Below, in pieces: positions 24,227 through 36,358 of a stretch of 64,000 nucleotides of DNA (positions within the stretch are counted from its first letter, which is position 1; each line of letters starts with the position of its first letter). The translations under genes were made by a program, and so were the position numbers. Under the pieces are notes generated by a model. That model did no database searches. It was not told the origin of the DNA and saw only the letters and a program-made list of their open reading frames with translations. Source of the DNA: Spizellomyces punctatus DAOM BR117 (Eukaryota); the NCBI GenBank assembly GCA_000182565.2, contig KQ257450.1; one strand, 5' to 3'.

Positions 24227-27200
24227 ATGGCGTCCCAGACGATGGTGCAGACTCGGGTGATGCCAAATCGTGCGCACGACTATGTGTATGGTACGTACGA
24301 AGTAGATTCTTTGCGTATGAAACGACATTATAGTTATCTCACCCTTGAACAGATACGAATCACACCGTTGCGGGAAGGAAGGATCATGTAAAGGCCATGA
24401 TGAAGGCGCAGACTCATGATGTGGTATGGTTGCCCGACTTTCTCTGCTTGTTGAGCCGCACGCATATGCAACTACAAACTGACATGTATTCGTATTCAAA
24501 GCTCATTCATCCGTCCTTCACCAACATGTTCTCCTCACTCCCACATCACCCATCCGCAGCCTATTCCCTCCGCACACATCCGCTACCTCCTCACGTAGGC
24601 CAAGACCGGCGTGCCTACAACCCACCCAACCCTGATGTAACCGGTGCGAATCGGTACCAGTACTTTAAGCGACCCATCATACCCTACATGCCCAGTCTCG
24701 GCACCCAAATTGTTTATGCCAGACGTCCCAATATGCTCGCTCAAACAGCAGGAGCTCAACATCAAACCCGCCCTGTAACACCCCCGACAAAAACGGTTGG
24801 GATTCAAACCACCTACCGCGAATCTGAAGCACAAACAGATCCATACTCTCCAGAATACACAACCGCGGGCCCCACACCCCCCGAGCTCCTGGCCCTCGCA
24901 ACACTTACCTACGGCGCCGGCCTCCCCGTTACTCAAACGGAACTTGAAATGATTGAAAGAGCTCGGGCGAAACGAGCTTGGGAAGCCGCCTTACCCCCCG
25001 TGATAGACCAAGAATCGTTTGAAAAGCGCCTTCGCATGATGGAGGAAATGGAATTGGCTGAATGGCGAGAGCGCGAAGAGGAAATTAAACGGATCCAAGA
25101 GGCTCGATTGGAGATCTTGACTAAAGTGATTGAAAATCGCGAACTAGAAAATGAAAAGATCAACAATGAGCGTGTGCATCGAGTTTGGGAGAAGAAGTTG
25201 ATGGAGAGGGATGCGGCTCTAGAGAGGATTCAGAGAAAAAGGGTGAAAGGTTCGTTTTTTGTACTTGACTCTTGTAGGGTGCAGTGGCTGACAAGGATCG
25301 ACTCTCTCGTAGCACTCCGGAAACTAACGGACACGCGCAACAAGGTCGAGCCGAAAATCCATCGACGAGATATCATTACCGATTACGCCAATTACGGGTC
25401 TGCAGTCTACGCACCCAAAGCCCGCGACGGTGTGTTTTATGACAAACCATCGGCTGCTGTGCACGTTCGGGTGGATGATTTCGAGGATTATCATGGTATG
25501 TCCTTATTTTTGAGGCATGTGAAGGAGTTCCATTTTGGTTAACTGGATGCTATTAGGCATCCAAGAACTAGAAGAGAGTCTACCTCCTAAATACCTTCGC
25601 CCCGATTTCTCCATCCCGACGAAATCGGCGGTCCACAAGAGAAGTCTCTCTGCTCGACGGGTAAGCGACTATAAGCACGGCATATTGCCATACGAGAAAC
25701 ACATTGGCTCATTCCATTCAATTAGGACCTCCACATGCAAAATCAACTCGCTCTCATGGATCAGAGACTCAAAGAGCGGAAAGCATTATCGCAACAAGAG
25801 GAGAAACCATTGCGCTTTGCGCAGAGGATTGAAAAGCCGCCTATAAGGCCTCCAACTCCTCATATCGACAATCCGTACGTAATGAGAGTATTGCTCTTGT
25901 CTGGATTATGCTGATGAGTTTCTTTTGGGGATACAGAAGTATGGAAGATGAGGAGTTGGATGTCGCAGCTATTTTGTTGCAAAAGCTGATTCGAGGACGA
26001 TTGGTGCAGAACATGATGTACCAAGGTAGGTATAATGAACACGAGACATGGGATGAAGGTAACGAATACTAACTTCATACCCAAAAACCAAAATAGGCAA
26101 GGAGCGCCGTCTCAACCTCATCAACGAGCTGCGTACCCGCCAAAGCATCCGTCTCGCCACCTCTCCCCCACGTACGGCAACTACAACTCGCATATCCACC
26201 CGTCCAGTTTCCGCCGCTGTCGCCCGAGCCACCTTTGATTCACTACTCACACACCCTGAAGCCCCGGTTCCTCAAATCGCCACAGCGGCAGGTGATGCTG
26301 CAGCATTTCAGGCCCTCGAAGGCGGTGCGTCACTCTCCGAAGCGGTCGAAAAGGCATTGGAACGCCAAGATCAGGTCGTTCGTGAACGGAGCGTTGGTAG
26401 TGCTCGTGGAGGTGCTGGAGAAGACCTAGTCGATGAAGCCGATGAAGAAATTGTTTACACACCCGTCGAAGACATGCAAGCGCCGATTCGCCCGACTTTA
26501 CCAATGCTCGTCGAAACAACCCTTCAAGCTCCTTATACTGCCGCTACCCTCCAGTACCTAACCGACGAACTCGTCCGTCTCCGTGAGTCCCAGCGCATTT
26601 CAGCCTTGGTCCGTCTAGCCCTCCGCACCCGTCGTATGCGAGAAGCAGAGGAAAGCGGAAAGCGTCAGGCCGAAATTCACCGGCGTATGATTGAAGATGA
26701 GATTTTCCGACAGGTCATGCAGGTTCACCAGGAGACTGTTGACTCGTTCTTGGAGAATGTTATTTGTGGAAGTGTGGAGAGATGTGCTAGCCTGGAGAGT
26801 CGGCGGGCGGTTAGAGAGTATGCGGAGCGTGTGGGAGAGGTTGTATGGGGAATGGAGAGGAGTGGAGTTAGTCAAGAGGAGACGGATAGGAGGATTGTTA
26901 GGGACCTCGTGAGCTCATTCTTGATTCCAGAGGTGGAGAGACAGACATTGAGAAATCGAGGTTTGTTACTTATCCCGCTGTTCTTGTCCCAATTTGCTTC
27001 TAATTGACACATAACAATCAGTGAAAAACGATCAAAGAAAATACCTGCAAGCAGCGCACGCAGCTATTCATAGTCAACTCCCTACGATCGAATCCGCCAC
27101 TGCCACCGGAAGCACGAGCGAGGAGGACAATGAAAAGCGATCAACGTCCCGACCAGCATCGCGACCAGCGTCCAGACTTGCGTCCCATCCAACTTCCCGA

Positions 27201-27233
27201 CCAGCGTCCCGACCGGCAGGACAAGAATTTTGA
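24227..27233 (+). CDS. CFAP91: Cilia- and flagella-associated protein 91 (MAATS1), multi-exon
   Basis: RYQYFKRP, QTTYRESEAQTDPYSPEY, ELEMIERARAKRAWEAALP, IQ-like LLQKLIRGRLVQNMMYQGKERR, RRMREAEESGKRQ. Confidence 0.92.
27147..27218 (+). repeat. Six imperfect 12-bp tandem units encoding SRPA-type repeats at the CFAP91 C-terminus
   Basis: tcccgaccagca tcgcgaccagcg tccagacttgcg tcccatccaact tcccgaccagcg tcccgaccggca. Confidence 0.85.
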
Positions 27234-27309
27234 AGCATTTGTAGGTGTAACGGACGTTGTTAATGACTTACACAAAATAAATCCGTTGTAAAATATATTT
27301 AAACACAAG

Positions 27310-28833
27310 CTACATCCCGACAAGTGGCTCATTGTTAGATACAGCGCCCTCCACAATCTTTAAAACCTCTTCAATATCCTTCAAGACACCCCCCACGTTC
27401 CCATGCGTACACTTTACAACTCGCGCAGCACAGCGACACAGTTCCTTTATCACTACCCCCGTCTTACCGCTTTCTCCACCTTCGTTCCAGCACAACTTGG
27501 CAGCCAGCACAAATTGCACACCGATCATGGGATGAAACCGCTCGTATGAGATGATGTACATGCACAAAACGTAGAGCGCAAGGCGGGCTGAGGGTTCGGG
27601 GCTGTGGAGATGGGTGTGAAGATGCCGTGACACATGCGTGAAAAGGCGGCGGGTATGAAGACGGGGCAGGGGGGAAGGGTCCGGAAGGCTTTGGATCATT
27701 TGGAGAAGCGAGGCGTGACGGCTATTCCATATCTCCTCTGGAGACGAGGCCAAAGATGGAGGGACGTGAGAGAATACAGTAAGGATAAATGTGTCAAGTG
27801 TGTTCAGTGTCGTAGGGATCATCGGCGTGGCAAGTTGGCCACCATTGGCAGGGAAAAACACGGGATAAAGGGACTCTAGAAGCCCCGTAATAGGTTTCCT
27901 CAACTCCACTTCCAACCACTCGCCTACAGCCTTTTCTTCACTCACGCTCATCGGTCCCTCCACACCCAACAGCGCATCCACTCCGCCTTGAGCACACCTT
28001 TCACAATCACATTCAAATCCATATTTGCTCCAGAGTGTTTGTTGTCGTTCTCCTCGCTCTCCCATTCCGTCAACATAGGTGCCCAGAAGCTCCTCTCCGG
28101 CATGCACGTCCCGAATCGTGCGAACAACCTGCTCACGGCCTTCATACAGTACCGAACAGTTTGGATGACACGAATGGTTCAAGAGAGCACCGAGTGGAAA
28201 TGTCCCTTCGCCGATGACAAAGAGTTCGCCGTCGTGAATGGAAAAATTGTTGGAGCGGAATCGGAGCAGGTGGGAGAAGAGGTCTTGGGAAGTTGTAGAT
28301 GCCGGCATCTTGGGAAATTTCAGTACGCCTTGAATTATCTTGGCCCATTCTGACTTGTCAATCTCGTTAAGCACTTCTTCGTGGCCTTGTAGCGATAAGA
28401 AAGCCTCGATACCCACTGTATCCACTCCTTTTTTTAACGAAGACAAGACTTTAACCAGCATTTCCTCATCTTTGTCCCAGTCGCCGCTCTCCCCGCCGTT
28501 CCCTCTCTGCTTCCATATTTTGCAGAGCGTTGCGTGTCCCGCATCCCAGTCCTCTTTTTGGCACTTTTTACCACAGTATGTTGCCCGCTTGCATGACGAG
28601 CACCTTGTTAGTGGCGTGCTGAGCTGATCACTGCGAATCAGACAGTAATGGCAGGCTGTCGGGTCAAGGACCACTGTGCCAATTGCGTTCGATGTAAACA
28701 GAATTGTTCCAGCTGGTATGAAGACGGATGTAACTAGGATGCGCCGCTTGGCAGGGTGTGGTTGGAGAGAGAGGTTGTGGGATCTGAGGAAGCTGTCCAG
28801 GGACGGGTGGGGGGACGGCGGGGGAAGGCCCAT
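27310..28833 (-). CDS. SMYD-family lysine methyltransferase (split SET + MYND zinc finger + post-SET), single exon
   Basis: CHYC...CSSCKRATYCGKKCQKEDW..H..C (MYND), LLNHSCHPNC, GEELLGTY, FECDCERC. Confidence 0.92.
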   Translation of the reverse strand: MGLPPPSPHPSLDSFLRSHNLSLQPHPAKRRILVTSVFIPAGTILFTSNAIGTVVLDPTACHYCLIRSDQLSTPLTRCSSCKRATYCGKKCQKEDWDAGHATLCKIWKQRGNGGESGDWDKDEEMLVKVLSSLKKGVDTVGIEAFLSLQGHEEVLNEIDKSEWAKIIQGVLKFPKMPASTTSQDLFSHLLRFRSNNFSIHDGELFVIGEGTFPLGALLNHSCHPNCSVLYEGREQVVRTIRDVHAGEELLGTYVDGMGERGERQQTLWSKYGFECDCERCAQGGVDALLGVEGPMSVSEEKAVGEWLEVELRKPITGLLESLYPVFFPANGGQLATPMIPTTLNTLDTFILTVFSHVPPSLASSPEEIWNSRHASLLQMIQSLPDPSPLPRLHTRRLFTHVSRHLHTHLHSPEPSARLALYVLCMYIISYERFHPMIGVQFVLAAKLCWNEGGESGKTGVVIKELCRCAARVVKCTHGNVGGVLKDIEEVLKIVEGAVSNNEPLVGM

Positions 28834-29248
28834 GGTGCCTTTGGGTGAACAATGTCAATCAGCAGGACAGCGCGCGTCAGTCTCTGCACTGCAAACAAAA
28901 TGGAAGGTTTTTTCAAGATTGTGGCATCCTGGTTTTGTTTGGACTTTTTTGCAACGCTGCACCATGGACGTAAGAGTAAGATGAATTACTGGCAGGAATA
29001 GCCTTGCAAATTGGCCATTCCTTTCTTCTGGTAAGCCCTCCGTGGCTTCAATTGTTATTTTATCATGATCTACTCCAAAAGCGAGCGGCCCATCAGCTAT
29101 TTACTCCCCTTAAGTTCTTGCGCCTTTTCCATGCTTCAACGGTTGAAATGTTAACCAATGAGCTTGCATTTCGTCCTCAGCAATGGGCAAGGAACTCCCA
29201 ATTCCTCGTCGCTCTGCTCATGCGGAATGGATAACGTAATCACTCACT

Positions 29249-29275
29249 GTTGCCATGGCAAGTCGGAATGACTCA
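29249..29275. promoter_or_regulatory. X-box-like palindrome GTTGCCATGGCAAG plus AP-1/Gcn4-type TGACTCA upstream of IFM1
   Basis: Read directly; 6-nt spacer between the two motifs. Confidence 0.45.
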
Positions 29276-29346
29276 CCGAGCAGATCGCTTTGGCCTTCCT
29301 TCCAACTTTTTGACATTTCCAGTCCACCAGATTGACAGTTTCCATC

Positions 29347-31756
29347 ATGTCGCATTCCTCCACCGTCCTCTCGAGAAGGATCCTAAGTAGAACGACAGTA
29401 AACAAATGTTATTTGTTCCGACATTCCACACTCTGCCCGCACTATTTGTCGACAACGGCGCGTGTAGATGCAGCGAAACAAACGTTTGGGGGCAAGCCGT
29501 CAAAGAGCTCGTTCCATAAAGACGGTCGAGATTGGGAGAGTTCAGGGGCGGCAGGTGGACAGCTTGGGAAGAAGGGTAAAAGCAAGGACAAGGACCGGGA
29601 CAGGGAACGACGAGAGAGAGACTTTCTGCGGAAGGAACCGGAACGGCATGGTCGACCGACGACGGTTCGGCCTATAAAACCGAAAGCCCCGCCCAAGCCA
29701 AAGGATATTCATCTCCAAGAAGGCATCAGTGTTTCAAATCTGAGTACACTGCTGGGTGTCAGCTACCAAAAGCTTGCGAGACAAATGAAGCGATTGGGAC
29801 TGGAGGACACTGGTGCGGATTTCGTCCTGAATTCTGAAATGGCGAGTTTGATTGTACTCGAGTATGGAATGAACCCTGTTGTAGCCGCCCTTCCAGATTT
29901 GGATCTGAAACCCAGGCCTCCACCAGAGGACTGGTCAGATTTCCCAGTCCGGCCGCCAGTGGTCACCATCATGGGTCATGTCGATCACGGCAAAACAACA
30001 CTGTTGGATGCTTTGCGCAAAACATCTGTGGCAGCAGGGGAAGCCGGTGGGATTACACAGCACATTGGTGCATTTTCGGTTTTGTTACCCTCCAAAAAGC
30101 GCATTACGTTCTTGGATACGCCTGGACACGCGGCCTTTTCTGCCATGAGAGCCCGGGGGGCACAAACAACTGATATCGTTGTGTTGGTCGTAGCAGCGGA
30201 TGATGGTGTCATGCCACAGACGGTAGAAGCCATCAAACACGCCTTGACCGCTCAGGTGCCCATTATTGTCGCCATCAACAAGTGCGATAAACCTCATATC
30301 AACCTTCGAAAGGTCAAGGAAGGGCTTTTGAGGCATGAAATTGTTCTGGAAGAATACGGTGGTGAGATACCTGCTGTGCAAATTTCTGCGCTGACGGGCA
30401 AGGGGCTGGATGAACTGGAAGAAAACATTCTCACGCTTGCGGAAGTGATGGATATCCGCGGTGATCCTTCCGGACCTGTCGAAGGCGTTGTCGTTGAATC
30501 AAAACTTGTACGAGGTCGGGGCAATGTGGCGACTGTTTTGGTCAAGCGGGGGACGTTGAAGCCGGGTGGTGTGGTTGTCGCTGGAACGACGTGGTGCAAG
30601 GTTCGGGTTATGCATGATGAACATGGAGTTGCTGTCAAAGAGGCTGGACCGTCTTTGCCGGTTGAGGTCATGGGATGGAAGGAGCTACCTGCCGCTGGAG
30701 ATGAGGTTCTGGGGGCGGATAAGGAGGTGAGTTGTACCTGCATGCGCAGTATATGACCGCCACTAATGTGTATGGAATCAGGACCTTGCAAAGAAGGTGG
30801 TTGAAAGCCGAGTCGAACGTACAAGACGGCTAAAGGCCATCGAAGGCATTGATCAGCTGAATGCAGCCAGACAAAAGGAGAAGCAGGTCCGCGAGGGAAA
30901 AGTCGATGCGGCGACGCCTGATGACACGTCAACGATACCCACTCAAAACATTATCCTGAAAGGTGGGTTCCCATGTCATGGACTCTGGTCTGGTGTGCGG
31001 GACTCAATATTGTATCAATATTCGGTAGCCGATGTACATGGGTCACTGGAAGCCCTCGTGGATGCCATCCACGGCCTCCCAGCCCACGAAGTCCGAATCA
31101 AGATAGTAGGATCCGGCGTGGGACCCGTCACGGAATCCGACATTGACTCTGCGTCAGCAACAGGAGGTATGTCTTCGTACCACGGTCCCCTTGAGGATCT
31201 CTGCTAACACAATCACACATAACCCAGCAACCATCATCTCGTTCAACCTCCCCACCGACAAGCGCACCCACTCTTATGCCAGTTCCAAAAAAGTGCAACT
31301 CGTATCCCACCAAATCATTTACAAACTCTTGGACGACCTTAAAGATATGTTGAGCGATCTCTTGCCACCCGAGATGGTGACAGAAGTCCATGGGGAGGCG
31401 GAAATTGCCCAAATTTTTAGAATCAATGTCAAGGGCAAAGTGACGGAGGCTGTTGCGGGGTGTAGGATCATTACGGGGAAAATGCAAAGAAGTCATAAAG
31501 TCCGCGTCGTAAGAGCGGGAGAAATTGTTTATGATGGTATGTTTTTGGGAATTTTGGTGTGGATTGGTTTCCTTTAGGTTTCTCATGGACCTTTTTTTCA
31601 GGAACATTGAAAACATTCAAACACCACAAAAAAGATATTCAAGAAGCTTCCAAGGGGCTTGAATGTGGGATGGGATTTGAAGGGTTTGATAAGTTTGAGG
31701 AGGGAGATATTATTCAAGGGTATACCATTGTAGAAAAGAAGCGGCGCATATCGTAA
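29347..31756 (+). CDS. IFM1: Mitochondrial translation initiation factor IF-2
   Basis: Arg/Ser-rich presequence; [63 protein letters not shown]. Confidence 0.96.
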
Positions 31757-31837
31757 TAAGGGCTTATTCTTTAATTTATACGCAAGTAAAATAATGTACA
31801 TTTGGGAAGCTTGTTCTTATGGAAGTTGGTGTGATGC

Positions 31838-33554
31838 TCAAGTTTTGAAAGATGTGGATTCGGCGGCGAGGGCTGCTTGTCGTTTTGCCTTTTCGACTCG
31901 ATCTTGTGTCAAAAACTGTTCTGCTCGTTGTGCAATATCTGTGCGAAACAAAACAACAAGTATCAACGACCGGATACGATAATATAAACGAGGGAATACG
32001 CAAAAAACACTTGCGTTGTAAATCCAGCACCCGATCTTGAATCGCATGTAACCGCTCCGCAAGGGCTTTTGCAGAATTATCTATATTGACAAGTTCTTGT
32101 TGTGGTTGTTGAGGCATTATGTGTGTTGTGCCTTGTGGAGGGGCTCCGCCGTCATGGTGATGGTGTTGGGTCTGCTGGTGAGGCCGGAGACCGACACGAT
32201 CGTAAATATTATTGATGGCAAGTTTTGTTTCACTCAACATGCGCATCTAAATAGGTTGTTGCATCAGTGATTAGCACACTAATACAATAAACGAACAATA
32301 AACAAAGATATCGTAAACAAAAACCCACCCGTTCTTTCCCAGTATTATCCCTCTCCTCCAACCTCTGCTCCAAATACGCACACTCCTGCTTTAAGCGATC
32401 CAACCTCTTTTGCAACGTCCCCAACGTTGAATTATAAACCAAAATCAAATCATTCTTTTCCTTGACGAGCTCGACCAGGATGGTTTGCACGCGTTCCATT
32501 TCGTCTGTGGAGTCGCTGACGGTTTTTGAGAGGTCTTGGGAGGTTTCTAGGAGGGTTTTGTGGCGCATTAGGATGTCGTTTATGTGGGGTTCGGGGATGT
32601 CGAGGTAGTCGGGAGGGAGGAGATCTACGACGGATTGGAGGTAGGTTTCGTAGATTTGGTATTTTTCTGGAAAGGGGAGGGTTTCTGTGAGTTGCGGATA
32701 ACAACTCATTGGGTGCTCTTCTACGTACGGATAAGGTGGAGGGTGTGGTTGTGTTTGGTTTGTTCGGTGTGGAGGGTTTGCGTTAGGGTGTAGAGTTCTT
32801 GTTCCTATTGTTTTGTAGTAGGATTCATCGTCATCAACAATAACGAAAACAAGAACCATACACATAAAACAAGCAACGATCAAATAAAGACCTTTTGTTC
32901 CCTCAATTTCCGTTCAGCTTGCGCTTTAGCATTCGCTCTCTGCCGTTTCGCATCATTCTCTTTCAAGAATTTCTCAAATTTCGTTACACGGTCCCGTATT
33001 TGTTTTTGCTATCCAAAAAAGCATTTCTAAACGATTTATAAATTTCGATATTTTCAACGGATATGTGCATTTAAACCTTTGCTTTCAATTCCTCCTGCTT
33101 TTCTCGACATTCTTCCATCCTTCTCGCGAAATCCAATCGCTTTTTTTCGAGCTGGGATTGAACGGATTGCATTTCCTTTTTTTTCTGGAGGAGGAGGGTG
33201 GATTGGAGGGTGTGGCGGGTTGCAAAGTGAGTTGCTGGACGCTGCAAAGGTGTTAGATGTGAGCGGTTTCTTTGGTGAATGGTGTGCTAGTTGGAGTTGA
33301 ATACTTGCGTCATTTGGGATAATCGGTTGGATACTGCACAAAAAAAAGCATATCTAAGTACATTCCCTACGACAGCAACTAAAATAGATGGCAAAACCTC
33401 ACATTTTTCCACCTCGCTGCGTAACAAACGTCTCGCCCTCTTTTTTCTCGACTTCGGTGACATGTTCGACGACGGGTGGAGGGGCGGGTGTCCGCATCCG
33501 CGTTGCAGGCCGGACGGTCGCCGAGAAGGTGATACCCGGAGATGGCGACGCCAT
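31838..33554 (-). CDS. Flagellar coiled-coil protein of the CCDC42/CFAP73 (DUF4200) family
   Basis: LLQKKKEMQSVQSQLEKKR..FARRMEEC, |QKQIRDRVTKFEKFLKENDAKRQRA, KYQIYETYLQSVV, TKLAINNIYDR. Confidence 0.82.
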
Positions 33555-33808
33555 TCTTGTCAAAAATAACAGAAAGGAAGAATACTAGATCGTTTTGATG
33601 CGAACAGCGCTGGGCAACCTGGGACGTTAAATGCTTACCTAATCGACCCCGACAAGGGTTGCGACTTGATCTGAGGGTTTTGGGCGGTTTTCTGGAACAG
33701 GGATGTTATATAACCATCATGGATATTGTACGTTGAGGTCGACAAAAAAAGAGAAAGGTTACTCTTGAAGCGATAAATTTGGAGTATGGACTTGGATGAC
33801 ACACCACG

Positions 33809-34756
33809 ATGAGTTATTCCACATTACTGTTTTCGACACCGCCGCGAAAGGTTGCGCCCGAGTCCTTTCCGTCGCATCAATCACCGTTGGGCCCACCCCA
33901 TCCACCACACCCTCTCTCTCACGCACATGCATCAACCCCTCTCCTCCCTCATCCCCCCCATGCGCACCCATCCTCAACACCCCTCCTCCCCCGCCCAGAT
34001 CCCTCCCGCAAAATCCAACAACAACCCATACCAAGTCCTCGCCGCTCCCTCCTCCTCCCATCTGCCCGCTCCGCCTCGCAGCCTATCCTAAATGACCTTG
34101 TTTACTCCTCTTTGACCCGATCCCCATATACGGGGTCCCCGCGTGACAGTGGCATGCTACTACAAACATCGCGCGGAACACTCTCCGATGATGATAGTAT
34201 CAAAACCCGGACGCCTCCACTCTCGATCTCGGATTTAGGTCGAAAAGGATTATTATTAGATGGTGTGGGTAGACGAGAAGGACGGAAGTCTGTTCCACTT
34301 CCTGACATAAGACCACCATTAGGAGATGGTCAAACTGATTATGGGCCGGTTCCAACTGGGTTGCTTTCGCCCACGTTTTCGGATGAGCGATTGGATACAC
34401 TTCCACCCCTCCTTCCCATTCCCCCGAAATTCACGACAAAGAACTATAAAGACAAGACGTTACAAATGAAGATTGAGGATTTTGATAAAGTTGCGGAAAA
34501 GTTGGCGGATGTTGAGCGGGCTGGGTGGTTTGAAGGGGAATTGGATGAGGAGCTTTGGAGGCAGTTGGAAAAAGAGGATGAGGGGTCCGGTGGGTCTGAT
34601 GGGGAGGAGGGTGGTGACGGGGAAAGGGTGGTTCAAGAGGTGGTCAATGTGCCGAAGCGTTTGAGTTTGGCGCCGACTGGGACGACTTTACCCCCGCTGA
34701 TTCAACCTGTGCCTGCCAAACCTGCCGGATGGCGACGATGGTGTGGGTGTTTTTGA
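33809..34756 (+). CDS. Hypothetical Pro/Ser-rich, probably disordered protein ending in GWRRWCGCF
   Basis: 315-codon uninterrupted ORF filling the gap between neighbouring genes; no domain recognised. Confidence 0.6.
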   Translation: MSYSTLLFSTPPRKVAPESFPSHQSPLGPPHPPHPLSHAHASTPLLPHPPHAHPSSTPLLPRPDPSRKIQQQPIPSPRRSLLLPSARSASQPILNDLVYSSLTRSPYTGSPRDSGMLLQTSRGTLSDDDSIKTRTPPLSISDLGRKGLLLDGVGRREGRKSVPLPDIRPPLGDGQTDYGPVPTGLLSPTFSDERLDTLPPLLPIPPKFTTKNYKDKTLQMKIEDFDKVAEKLADVERAGWFEGELDEELWRQLEKEDEGSGGSDGEEGGDGERVVQEVVNVPKRLSLAPTGTTLPPLIQPVPAKPAGWRRWCGCF

Positions 34757-35093
34757 CGAAAAGCATCCAACAACCTTACCACCGAGTCAGACTTATTCCT
34801 TTCCAAGCTGGGGAATGGATATAAGCGTAGATGGTGCTTGTGACAAAAAGACAGTCACCGGGAAAAGCAGGAAACCCCGTACATAGATTTGATTTATACC
34901 CCACGCATGATTTAATGGACATATATAAACTTTTTTTTTTCGACTCGCCAGAGCTTTATAAAATTGTGTGTTTATTTGCACAGAATCAAAAAGCCCCATT
35001 ACCCAAAATAAATAAAAGTAACAGTTACGAAAATAAATAAGCATTTCCACTCGTCCTCACTCAACTATGCAAATATTGACTATCTTGACTAGA

Positions 35094-36184
35094 CTACAAT
35101 CCCAACTTTTCCGCCACCTTCTTCGCCAACCCTCGATATACCTCCGCATGCACACTCGTAGGCTGGGCAATAACAATAGGTGTCCCCGCATCTGATGTTG
35201 CGCATACATCAGGGTGAAGTGGGATATTAGCCAAGATGTCGAGATCCATGGACTGGGCGGTGGAGACGAGGTGGTCTTGGTTTCCGAAAATGTGGGAGGT
35301 GTGTGAGCAGTTTGGACATTGGTATAAGGACATGTTTTGGACGAGGCCGAAAATCTAGATAGAAACCGAAATGGGATATGCGTAAAAGGTTATGCATTTG
35401 GCAGTGGCAAGAGTCACCGTCAATCGTTCTTACGTACCGGTATCCCAACCTTTCGAAACATATTCACCCCCTTTCTCACATCCGCAAGCGCAACATCCTG
35501 CGGCGTCGACACAATGACCGCCCCATCCACCACCACCGACTGCGACACCGTCAACTGCGTATCCCCGGTCCCAGGCGGCATATCCACAACAAGAACATCA
35601 ACCCCCCACTCAACCTGCCGTAACAGCTGCTCCAAAGCCTTCATGACCATCAACCCGCGCCATACGATGGGTGCATCACGGTCTATCAGGAACCCCATGG
35701 ACATGCATTTGACTCCGTAATTCGTGAGTGGGCGTAAGAGGTTTTGGGGCGTTGTTTCGGGAGTAGAGGTTAGGTTCATCATGCGGGGGATGGAAGGACC
35801 AAAAAGATCTGCGTCGAGGAGGCCTGTACTTATGTTTTGGGATGCCAATGCGACTGCGAGGTTCACTAGCATGGAAACGAAAGTTAGGACTTGTTCACCT
35901 AAACAATTGTCATGCACGAACCTGCTGTAGTAGACTTTCCTACGCCTCCCTTCCCACTCGCGACCGCAACGACATGCTTGACGCCCTTGATGGGACTTTT
36001 GGTCGGTAGTCCGCGGGCCATGCGGAGTGTGGGTGGTGTGCCCTTGACCGGCAGGCCCTGTCCACATGTTAACAACCGATATATAAAAATGTTGGTGTTC
36101 GTAAACACTTACGAGTGGGTTATCGTGATAAACCACAGAAGACGTATGAAAACACTTTTGTAACCTTGCTATTCTGCTCGCCAT
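35094..36184 (-). CDS. IND1: Mitochondrial Mrp/NBP35-family P-loop Fe-S scaffold (IND1/NUBPL, complex I assembly)
   Basis: Presequence [66 protein letters not shown]. Confidence 0.93.
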
Positions 36185-36358
36185 TATCCTCGTCATCTCG
36201 TTAATCTTGGCAGATGTCGCAAATGACAAAAACGCTAAACACTCTGTTGCCTGCAAGCACTTGCCATCACGTGACCTATGAATTGTTTTTGGCCTTTGGA
36301 AGTTTGTTGGAAATGATCTACGTTTTCCTTCTTTTGAATGGTTGTTTTGGAGAAAGGG

